NCBI GenBank assembly: GCA_964106645.2
Contig: OZ067043.1
Origin: Podarcis pityusensis
Lineage: Eukaryota
Direction: 5' to 3' (one strand)
DNA: 64,000 bases
Below are positions 12,501-24,500 of this stretch, piece by piece. The position numbers and the translations under genes are program-made. The notes under the pieces were generated by a model that had not been told where the DNA came from, searched no databases, and saw nothing but the letters and a program-made list of their open reading frames with translations. Within the stretch, counting starts at the first letter, position 1. Each line of letters opens with the position of its first letter.

Positions 12501-15500
12501 AATATTGATTTTAGATTCTTCTTTTTTAATGCTTCTTTTTTTTTGTATTGTTCTTATAATAATATAAAACATTGGTTTGAGTATTAGTGTATATAATGTT
12601 TTGTTCTCAAGTGCAAGGAAAGATGGTATACAATGTAATAAATGAATACAATTAGAAAATAACTCTCTTGGACAACTGCAAAATAACAAATAAATTGGAT
12701 GTTTTTAAAAGTTTCCTGTTGCGTACCATTATATTCTTTTCGAATAAATCTTTCCAAACTTGCCAGAATCTGTTCTCGGTTTTGTTGCTCTGAGAAAGGA
12801 GGCGATAATTCATCTAAACAAACAAAAACCTAAGTGAGCCATTCAGCAACATCCAAGTGTCAGAATTAAATATCCTCAAACATTTCTCTCACTGAATATT
12901 TTACCGATCCCTGTAATTCATTAAAGTCATCTGGTGATGGTATTTTACATTTAGGATGCAACCATATCATCTTAAATATCAGACTAAACCCCTGAAAGGA
13001 AAGCAAAAGAAGAAACAAACTTATGTGTTGGCCCTGCAAAATCTGTCCATTACTAAAGATACCTTGGTTAACAAAACCATGCAATTCCTTGACGCTTTGG
13101 AAACTTACATTTGCCAAACCCACTGCAAAGTCTAAAACATCCTGATGACCTTACTGTAAACTAGAACATATGAGTATACACTACTTCCAATCACATAAGA
13201 ATGCTTTCTTTCCACTGATTTAAGCAGGGAAAATCCCAGATTAATGTGGTTAGAGTTCAGTACCCCATTATTAACTACTGAAGTAGAACTCACAACCAGG
13301 TCAGAATAGCAAAACTTTGCTTACCAAAACACCTTTTACATACTAGATCAAGTATTTCTCTAAATCTACTTGTCATTGGTGGTAGTGGTTTTAGATCAAT
13401 TTTCTTAAAATCCTCCGGGCAGTCATTTTTGGAATGGCCATCCCTTTTGCAGATACTGCATACTATAGTTGGTGGCTATGGAAGAAACGAACAAAAATGT
13501 TTTACTTTAAAATATATTTTTTAAAAAGTGTTATTTTCCTTAAAGATATGCAGTATGTTCCAACAGCTCCTTCATGAATTTGACTGTGTCGACCACAGCA
13601 AACTATGGCAAGTTCTTAAAGAAATGGGAGTGCCTGATCACCTCATCTGTCTCCTGAGAAATCTCTATGTGGGACAAGAAGCTACAGTTAGAACTGGATA
13701 TGGAACAACTGATTGGTTCAAAATTGGGAAAGGAGTACGACAAGGCTGTATATTGTCTCCCTGCTTATTTAACTTATATGCAGAATTCATCTTGCGAAAG
13801 GCTGGGCTGGATGAATCCCAAGCTTAAGATTGCCGGAAGAAATATCAACAACCTCAGATATGCAGATGACACAACCTTGATGGCAGAAAGTGAGGAGGAA
13901 TTAAATAACCTTTTAATGAGGGTGAAAGAAGAAAGTGCAAAATATGGTCTGAAGCTCAACATCAAAAAAACTAAGATCATGGCCACTGGTCCCATCACCT
14001 CCTGGCAAATAGAAGGGGAAGAAATGGAGGCAGTGAGAGATTTTACTTTCTTGTGTTCCATGATCACTGCAGATGGTGACTGCATTCACGAAATTAAGAG
14101 ACGCTTGCTTCTTGGGAGAAAAGCGATGACAAACCTAGACAGCATCTCAAAAAGCAGAGACATCACCTTACTGACAAAGGTCCGTATGGTTAAAGCTATG
14201 GTTTTCCCAGTAGTGATGTATGGAAGTGAGAGCTGGGCCATAAAGAAGGCTGATCACCAAAGAACTGATGCTTTTGAATTAGGGTGCTGGAGGAGACTCT
14301 TGAGAGTCCCATGGACTGCAAGAAGATCAAACCTCTCCATTCTTAAGGAAATCAGCCCTGAGTGCTCACTGGAAGGACAGATCCTGAAGCTGAGGCTCCA
14401 ATACTTTGGCCACCTCATGAGATGAGAAGACTCCCTGGAAAAGACCCTGATGTTGGGAAAGATTGAGTGCACAAGGCGAAAGGGACGACAGAGGACGAGA
14501 TGGTTGGACAGTGTTCTCGAAGCTACTAACATGAGCTTGACCAAACTGCGGGAGGCAGTGGAAGACAGGAGTGCCTGGCGTGCTCTGGTCCATGGGGTCA
14601 CAAAGAGTCAGACACGACTAAATAACTAAACAACAACAATGTTCCAACGGGAAAAGTACAAGATGCAAGCAGCAAGCTCACTGGTTTTAGGGGAGTCGCT
14701 ATCTTTTCAAGCCTGTTTCACATGTTAAGAAGGCAGCAAATTTGCATATATATTTAATATTCCTCAGTTGGTTCAAATCATGCTGCAATTAGTCCCGGGT
14801 CCCCTGCCTTGTCCAATGATAAAACTGTTCAATATTTACTACCTCTGCACCCAAACTGCACAAGTTCCTAGCCCAAGAAAGAAGAAACGAATGGGAAAGA
14901 TGGAGAAAAACCACATGTAGGTTTGAGGGTGGAGTGAAAGACTTACATAGCATTTTGAGTTTTAGTCCTTACTGCGTAATAGCTCACAAAAAATCCAGAA
15001 ACTCTGAATAGTGGTCAAAACGCTAAACGCTGCTACAATACATAAAGGCTTTATCTACTGTGGGTGGTTTTTTAAAACTAGTTCAGGAATGAAACTAGTT
15101 CACATGAAAGTGAGATTAAAATATACTTTTTCAAGAAATATGTGCTTTAGAGGTAAGACAGAGGCACTCTCTCTAGCACTATTATGTTTCTCTTTGATTT
15201 CATCAAACCAAAGGAAAATACAGAGAATCCATAAAGTGCTCTGCTGTGAATTCAACAACTCTTGGCTTCTGGAAGAATGTTAGAAAGTGGCCCTTCTGCC
15301 TCTAAAAGAAGCGCTTTAGTTATCTGAAGAAAGCTGGCCTGGTAGAAAGGACTGAAGCTTAATGAAGGCAGATTCATTCTTCTTTCATCAAGAGATTCCT
15401 CGCTGTCCTTAGGTTTCACTGCAGTGAAGGTTAAGTCAAGTAGGAACAACTTGACACTTAAAAATGTCAAGAGAGATTTGTCTAAATGTCTAAAACTTTT

Positions 15501-18500
15501 GGAACAAATTGTTGGGAACTATGGCTTTAGCAGATTCATTCTGTTCAGCCTTTAGTTAAAGAAAAATTGAGAGGAAGGCATCATTGCCATATAGCTAGCA
15601 AATATCAAGGGTCTTTGTCTGGTAATGAGAGTCAGTGGAATCAGTTCGCTGACAAAAACATTTCTTTAGCAATGATCTTAAAACACGGTTAGAGAAAACA
15701 TTTTATTTTAAAAAGTTAAAGTAAGTTTTGAGTCTGCTTTACCTTTCCAGAAGTCAAAATAAATTTATCAAACACATAATGCATATCTTCTGTAGTGACT
15801 TCATCTTTACTGTCTTGAATTTCTGCTACTGCTTTGCAGTTGTGCGAGGTAGCTGATGTGCTGGTGCCTGAGCACATACTCTTCTGTGGATACTCCGTTA
15901 CTGAAATCTGCAGACTTTCAGCATCAGATAATTCACTAACAGAATCTGCATCAAGAGACCTATGTTCACTAAAAACACAATGTTGGCTTAGCTCCTCCTC
16001 ATCTGAAGGCTCTTGATCGTTCTTTGCTTTAGATTTCTGTTGTAGTTCACAGCATTCATTAGTACTTAGGGACAGAGTTTCCTCTTTGTCTTGAGAGTCT
16101 ATGTTTTCAATTTCTGGCTTTTTTACCAGTAAACTTTCCAAGTTCTCAGTACATCTCCTGGATGTAAGTTCCATTTCACTACATTCATTAGACTCTTGTA
16201 TAATACAAGCATGGCCTGTGTTCTGTTTCTCTGTAATGTTGGCCTGCTGGGGAAGGCAACAGTTGGTTACAGGTTCTCCAGTTTTTTTGCTACCAATTTT
16301 CCCCTTTTCCTTCTTCTTGGTATCCAGTTTAGACTTACTCCCATCTTTATTCTGTGGACATGCAAAATATTTATATGCTGTCCTGAACCTTTCCAGGATA
16401 TACTCAAATACCATCTGGCTGTTCAGGCTCCGTGCAACATTTCTTTTTAGTGCAAAAGGATCTATAAAAAGACAAACCAGTAATACGTTTGCTGCTGTTG
16501 TTCAATAGGACCTTCAAGTACAATATCAACATACCATATTTTAAATAGGGCTGCAACATTTTACTTTATTAATCACTTAAAGTGTAATTATTGAAAACAT
16601 TTTCATTTTACTAAAAAGGTGTACCTGGTTAATCAGTTGACACCTTTTTTATAAATTTTTTTTGAAAGCAATTAAAAAAACCTGCAGATGGGAACTGCCA
16701 TATTAAAAAATGGCATTCCATATGCAAGCATGTATGCTTCTCAAAATTATTCCTGTTGGACATATGCCTGAATCGTCTTAAAACAAAGAAAGTACCCCCT
16801 TTTTAGCTTTCTCCTTCATATTAACTTTTTCTCATTTTTATTTATTTGCAGTATTTCTATCTTGCCTTTTACCCCATGGTTGCAATGCAAACCCTTCAAA
16901 CTTAATAAATATAAAACATAATAAATATAATTAAATCTGAAAAAACCCTCATGTGATTTCATTAATCAGGTCACAACCCTGATCTGAAATTATGTAAATA
17001 TTATACTGTTATCCATAGATTTTATGCAGAATAACTTTATTTGAATATTACCATTTTTCTTACAATGTTGAGTATTGTGGTTTGGTTCACACGTAACACT
17101 GAGTTAAAGCATGGCTACACATGAACAAGCGAGTGTGAAGATACTTAGAAGAAAAAACAGAGCTGCTTTGCTCCTCCTCAGGTCCTGCTACTGCTGTGCT
17201 ACCCAGAGCTAAGCTATGGTTTCACTTAATGTAACGTCCAAACTCAGGCATACCGTTTGTCTTCCCAGGTAAGTAGTAAGCCAAGAACCATCTTTGTCTA
17301 CAGGTGGTTCATCTATAATGCTAAAGCCAAACCATAGCAGCAGCAGCAGGACCAATTTTGGAGCAAACCAGCTGTGATTTTCCCCTCTGAATACCTGCAT
17401 GCTCACTCACTTTTACCTATGGTTTGGCTTGGCATTGCATATGAACTGGGCCTAATATAAAAAAAATACAGGAATAACCAGGCTATCACTCATTAGGGAT
17501 TTATCTCCAGCCACAATATTCTGGCATAAAAAAATGAATAAAAGGGAATGGCATGTTTCCTGCCTCAATAGAATTATTGCTTATAGTTCAAGACCAGCAA
17601 CTTGAGTCCATTTCTCCTCTAGAAATACAATATATTTAACTACAGATATATTTGAATACAAATTCAAAGTAAACTTTTAAAACTAACCTTTCCAAATTAT
17701 TATGGGCAGATGAGTGCCAGTCAACAAAGTCAAGTATATGACAGTTATACAAAGAAAAGCTGTATTTTTTACATTTGTAGCTAATGTAGCATAATACAGT
17801 GTTTTATCTACAAAAAAGTTAGATAAGTAAGGCAAGAGTTCCCAAAGTCTCTTTACAAAATGCAGTGCCCCACCTTCAATGGCTATTCGCCTTTTAGGCC
17901 AGGTTTTGTTCTCTCTGGTTAAAAGTTCTTGTACCCGTATGCTGATAACATATTCTTCCAAAGCAAATTCCAGTGTATAGAACTTCAACAATTCTAACCA
18001 CAGTTGTCCCAGAGATATCTGGTGTGGTGTTTCCAATGCTAAAGGAGACTGAAAGAAGCAGAAAATGGAAGCTTAAATTTCTGGTTCTTTGGTCATTAAA
18101 TTTTATCAAGAAAAGAGTCAAGAAAGAAAAGAATGATTTCCATTTAAACAGACTCGCTTACCTTGCCATTCTTCTCCTTTGGATTAGTTTGGGTGTCTGT
18201 TTCTAAGGATGCTGCACTCTTGTTACCACCTCTGTGCTGTTCACCTTTAGCTTTGCCTTCTACACCATTCAAATTTTTCCCTGCTCCATTGTTTGATGGT
18301 TTGTATTCCCACACTATAAATTTTTCATCTTCTATGCCCTTCAGCTGGTAATCATCAGCCTTCTTAGAATCAAAACCTTCAATCTAAACAATGCAAAATA
18401 AATAAAACAGAAGCCTTTTCAAAGAACAAGAGCAAGTGTTATACATATAAGACATTCAAATATATAAGCATTTATTTTATGCTATAAATTATGTTTAGAT

Positions 18501-21500
18501 ATAAATTGCCAATGGAGTTACAAAAGCTACTTTAGATAGATCCTGTGGAAAGTTCTGACTTCCTTATTTGGGTCCACAGAACTAATCACAAAATTTATTT
18601 GAATCCAGACACTTCGCTTGCATTTTTTTTTAAAAAAAAAACCAACTTACCCAGTTGCCTAAATATGATGGTAGTATACGTGGTTCTCTTTGTTGAAGGA
18701 AAAATATCACCATTAAGGCAAAAGAATATGAGGGTATCCCGCCTTCTGCCTGGCAGTCAATATGGCACAACTACAAAAAGGGAGAAGAAAGGTCTTCGTT
18801 TGGTGCTTTGTATATATTTCCAGCAACACATAGTAGATCTTGCAAATTTTGAATTTAGCCAGCATTTTTTCCAGTCATAGAATAAAGGCCTACATAACCA
18901 GGTCTGAAGGCATATAAAACAACAACCTTACTGATGCTAAGCAGGTCTGTGCTCTGCCTTTGGAACCCTATGTAATCTACCTTAAATTCCAAGATGGAAG
19001 AAAGGCAGGATACAAATGTAGTAAAACAAACAAACAAACAAATGTCTGTTATCTATAAACCAATGTGGAAAAGTACAAAAAATTAAACAGTGGTCATTTT
19101 AAATATTATTAATACTTCTAATACACATTCACTTAATCAGTTGACCTGGACAACATCCAGACAGTTTCCCATTTACATAAACATGGATTACATGGAAGAC
19201 ACACATTAAATCCAGATATTCACAAGTTTTAATTAGAGTCTACTTTGAGTATGAGGGTAACTTTGATATTACCCATTCTTTTCTATGCTTACTCAAGCTA
19301 TGAACTGCACTACTTCATTCTTTCATCAACTGAATCTTCCCTCAATTCAAGACTTAGCTCATCTTTTCACCTTTGAGATGCTAATTTCCCTCTCAGTATA
19401 TTGTTTTCCCTATCTGTAGAATTAAATTGTCTACTTCAGGTACAGGTGGTGACCATTTTGCACAGGGGTTTGGTGCCTTGTCCCTGTGCGTGTTGACAGA
19501 GCACACATAAGCCCACCCCAGTTCCTCCCTCTTCCGGGTCCAAAACGGCCTGTGCATTGGCAGTTGTGTGTCAATCAGACACATGCAAAATAGTCACTGC
19601 CTGTACAAAAAAAGATGTAACACAATTTGGATAGAAAAAAAAAGATTCAAATATTCCTCTATGTAGAATGTACAATAAACATTTCCAGAGCTCCACTTCC
19701 AGAGGCAGCTAAAAGGTCCTCTGATATTCCAGTGCATCTTTTAGAGAGTACAAGGAGCTTCAGTGAGAAGGGGATGCCTGAGAAGCTCCAAGGCACATCC
19801 AGAAGCCTTAAAGTGTACATGGAGGCTCTGTGCTCAGCCTTTTGCATTTTATCCAAATACTGTATTATTTCCGATTCAGAAAAAGAGATATCATTTTAGA
19901 ATTAATCTAATCTAATCTAATCTGTACAGGTTCATTTCAGCATTGTAAAAGGTTATTGCATGTACATATTAAGTACACATGCAAGGAATAAATATGTTCA
20001 TTTAAAACTTACTCTAGCCCAGTAACGAAAAGCCAACACCAAAGGAACGAGAACTGGTTCCAGTTTGCCAAGCGCAGCTAGCAGATCAGTTGTAAGGCAG
20101 GCCACATCATTTCCAGCACTTACTTTGCAAGTTAAACCACTGAGATTGAAACAAATTTTAAGAAAAGTTGCAAGTTAAACCACTGTCCCTCAGTGAGTGA
20201 TCAAAAAGAAAAACATGCAGTTCTCAGCATATATGTATAGTCTTGCATTGGTTTCTTTCCTCATGCTGATTGCTTACCGCAGATACTGAAATCTATTTAT
20301 CCAGCCAAAACATTAAGCATTTTAAGTCTCAACATTTTCAATAGAAGGGTGGGGGAAATGCTCAAAAGTATCACTGAAATCAACAGGACTTTGAAAGTGC
20401 TTAAAATTTTGAGTGAACTGTACTCTTTGTTGTTTCTGTGCTATTTGTAAGAAGCTCCTACACCTGGAAAATGGAGGAAGCAGTTCTGGAGCTAGCTTCA
20501 AAGTAAAGAACTACATTCTATCCTTTGTAATCGATTGTAAAATGCCAAACGTAAGATGGTGTCTCATCAATAATCCTTTTAACTTGAACACGTAAAACAA
20601 AAGTACACAAACCTCTTAACATCTTTACAAAAAACAACAGGAACTTTGGCATGGAAATCTGATTCCACATCAGAGTAAGAAGCTGTAAGCGGAAAAACAG
20701 AAGAGCATATCAGGAAATAAAAGAATCTTCCATAGTTCTCTCAAACTGATTCAAATCTATCTGGGTAATATAAGCAATTAGAAGGTTACTATGTCCTCTG
20801 TTAGATACCCAGAATTAATTACAATAATTTTTTATTGTTTCTCACCCCATTATCTATTATTGTTTTTATGGACACTGTTTAGCAATGCAGAAACTTAAGC
20901 AGCATATAAACATTTTAAATAAATCTGAATATGAAGTAAGTGAGGAAGAAGGGGGGGGGAGAGAGCTCTTACCGCTGTTTTTCAAAATATCAAGCACCTG
21001 TATCAGAACATCCGGATGACTCATCTAAAATAATGAGGAAGAAGGTTATTTTACTCTCATTTTAATTCTATCAAAAGAAGGAAGGCAATTGTATTATTAA
21101 TAGTCACAGGTATGATCCAGACCTCTGCTCACCTGCATAACAAGCACAGTACAGGGTCTTTACATGTACCAACAGGGCCCAGAGACCCAGGTGTGCTTGC
21201 TTCTGGAACCTGAATCTAATCAACAGTTATGTACAATGAAGAGATCCCTAATTATGCTACAGCTATGCCATTGTGAGTGTACCAGTTACTCCTAGTTTAA
21301 GCATGCATATGGGTGCGCCACCAACTCTGTCCAGTTGGGACAGGGCCTATCCTTGGGAATTCTCTCTCACTCCTTTATCAACTCATAAATAAACTGGTGG
21401 GGAAAAGGTTTCTCTTAAGTGAGAAAGAATGGAGGTTATCATGGAACTTTCTGAGAGTGCTCACTTACTATTTCCAGGTCAAGAACATCACAGAAAGCTA

Positions 21501-24500
21501 TACTAGTGAGAAAAATATTTGAGACCATAGACATAAAACATTTCTAGCTCAATAATGTCACAGACATTTCTTCAACTTACCGTGGAGGGAAATTTTATAT
21601 CAATATTAATATCACTAGTTTTAAAAGCAAATCTAGTTAGACAGGATCCATACATCCTCAATGAGCATTCTGAAAATAAAGAAAGGGTTCCATAAGCAAT
21701 CATGTAGCATTCATAACCATTTCAAAATACTACGGATGCAATCTGAAAGCAAACATACAAGAAATAAGTCCTACTGCTACTGACTGTATAAAGAATACCA
21801 TTTTAATTCTGGTTATAAGGCGTTTTATGATTAGAAAAGCAAAAATTAAATAGTTTGCTCAAATTAATCCCACAAGTACAAACTGACACAGCATTGACTC
21901 ATATGCCATTACAGGTCTCTTCCAGTCCAGACACACAACAGACACAGATAAAGGCTTTATTCTACCCCCCCCCCCCCGATAAAGTCAGATGCTCTCAGCA
22001 TTGAATGTTAGCATTGTGTGTAATCATGGGATTACTTCTAAGAAAAAAATGTATTTAATACTAGGGTGTATAAGCATGAACTCCATGCTGCTTAGAAACA
22101 TGTGCAACACTTTTATGTATGATGAATGAACACCTACCTATTTAATTGCAGGTAGATGCTACAGGAACCCTTCATGTGCAACATAGACAAATGTCTATGT
22201 CAAATGTCATCCCACATTATAAGGTACAACACTGTACACTTGACAGCTTTTGATCTGTCAGTCTACTACATCTCTGTGTTACATTTAACTGCACTGGTAT
22301 GGAAAGAACACACAATATAAAATGCAATTACCAGACACTGGTATTAGATACAGACAGCTTCATTACTGAAAATGTGATGCTTTCCCATCCAAATGTTGAG
22401 GGTATTTTGCTCTCATCAATTCAACTATACGTTCTGGTTTTGTCTCTAACTAGAGGATCTGCAATGGCCAGTGAATCAATGTTGTTTTTTCCTAATATGA
22501 ACAAGATACTTAAATTTCTGCTTTTCTAACCATAAAGTACTTTATAACCATAAAAGAAAAATTATTCATTTTATATACTCAGAAGCAAAGCATTTATGCA
22601 CATCTGAGAAACTATGGAAAATCAGGTTGGGCTTCATCTGCCTGAAAATTTTTACATGAAAACCTCAATTAAAATAATAATCTTCAACAAACCTTTTAAT
22701 ATTCCATAAAGGAAGAGAAAGTAAAGATACAAGAATGTCAGAAACCACCAATACCATCCTGTACTACAACTTTCCAAAACTGGTATTTTAATGTACAATT
22801 GAATACATGGAAGTCAAACTGATTGTAGACCCAAAATGTATTCTCAGCGAACAAGCAAATAATCTCCTTAAAGAAAACTAAGAATCTACATTAGGTACCT
22901 GGTAAGTGTTGCTGAATTATCTTCTCCATATCCCATACAATTTCCTGGCGGATTTTAAAATCATTATCCGATATGCCTTGCTCCTTTGCTGCCTCCATCA
23001 GCGTAAAACTCAAGGCAGTTACTTGTGCAGGGGAAGGGGGAGGGAGAGCACGGAGTTCGTTTTCTTCTTGCTTTTCCTGAAAATATTATGAGTGGTAAAG
23101 AATAGTGTTACCACTGGAAGAATTTTCAGGTTCAACCCATTTTTATTTGCTTCTTTAAATCCTGTTAATGCCAGCCTATAGCAAAAACTGTCCATGAAAG
23201 TGATATAATGTTAACAGATCATTAAAGATATCTGAGAAACACCATAAGATAGGGTTGCACAACTTTTGCTCCAGTGCACATCATGAATTATCTTATAGAG
23301 ATACTGCAAGGTTCAGTGTTGTCACCCATGTTGTTAGTATTTGGATATTATAAATGTGCTGATGACATTCAGCTCTATTTTTCCTTTTGTCTCGAGATGA
23401 GGAGGAGCAGCAGTGATGCACTGAAGCAGTTCATGTAAATTAATATTTTATGTGCTTAACATTTTTTATTTGTTTAACAAGATATCTTAAGTGCAACAGA
23501 TGGGGGCAGGCAGAGGGAGCTAGAGACAGAATTGTCTGCACAATAATAGACAATAGGAAAACACTTTTTTTCCACCATCTACAATATAGTCTTATGATTG
23601 CAGTGCTTTAACTATTTACTTTGGTTTCAGGCCAATAATTCTTAGAAGTTATATGAAGCAATTAAAGTAAGTATAATTCTGGTAAAAAATTCCAAGCCTT
23701 GATCTAAAACTTACCATGATATTCTTTTTATGACGTTTTTCTTTAATATGTTTGTGAGCTCCCTGGATATTTTCAATGTGAACTAAGCAGAGCTTGCATA
23801 GGTACTGGCAATTAGAGTACTCTGGAGAGCGCTGTGGAAAAACCACACATTTAAAATTCAGCAGCCAATTAATTATGTCTGTTTTATTTTCCATTGTGAC
23901 GATAATAAAATGCTACTAAGCAGTGAGCATAGTAGATGGGGATTGTCCTTGCTGTTCACACTGGCGTATGAAGAATTTATTCACACATTTCTAAATAGTT
24001 TAGACTCATATTTTTCATATTTCCATGACGCCACTAACACAGCTCTTCTTGTTTAATGCTAGAAATCATAAAATACCAGAAACCTAGAATCAGCTAAATC
24101 CTAACAAAAGATGCAGTACCTGCACTCAGTTTTGCTCATTCTGAAGAGAGAAAAAATTCTTGGCAGAGTTTGAAGAATTGGCAAAAGAAAGATTCAGAGC
24201 ACCAAGGCTCAGAGACGTATATGGAAAGGCAAGTAAAAGGACGTGGGATCATGAGGAGTTCAACAGAAAAGTACTTCCAAAGCTCTGCAATAGTGAGACC
24301 TACCCTGGATATGAAAGTGGGAGACTGCTTTGAGCCTCTCCAGCCAAATAGAAAAAGAATAAGCACAGTAAGCCTAAGCCCCATGAAAAAGTAAGCTTTT
24401 TTTTAACAAAAAAGGAAAAGGGGCCCAGAGAAGGCAAGAAGCCACGAAAAGCAGATATTTTACTGGCCTTCAGTCTTTTAAAGAAAGAAAGAAAAATTCT

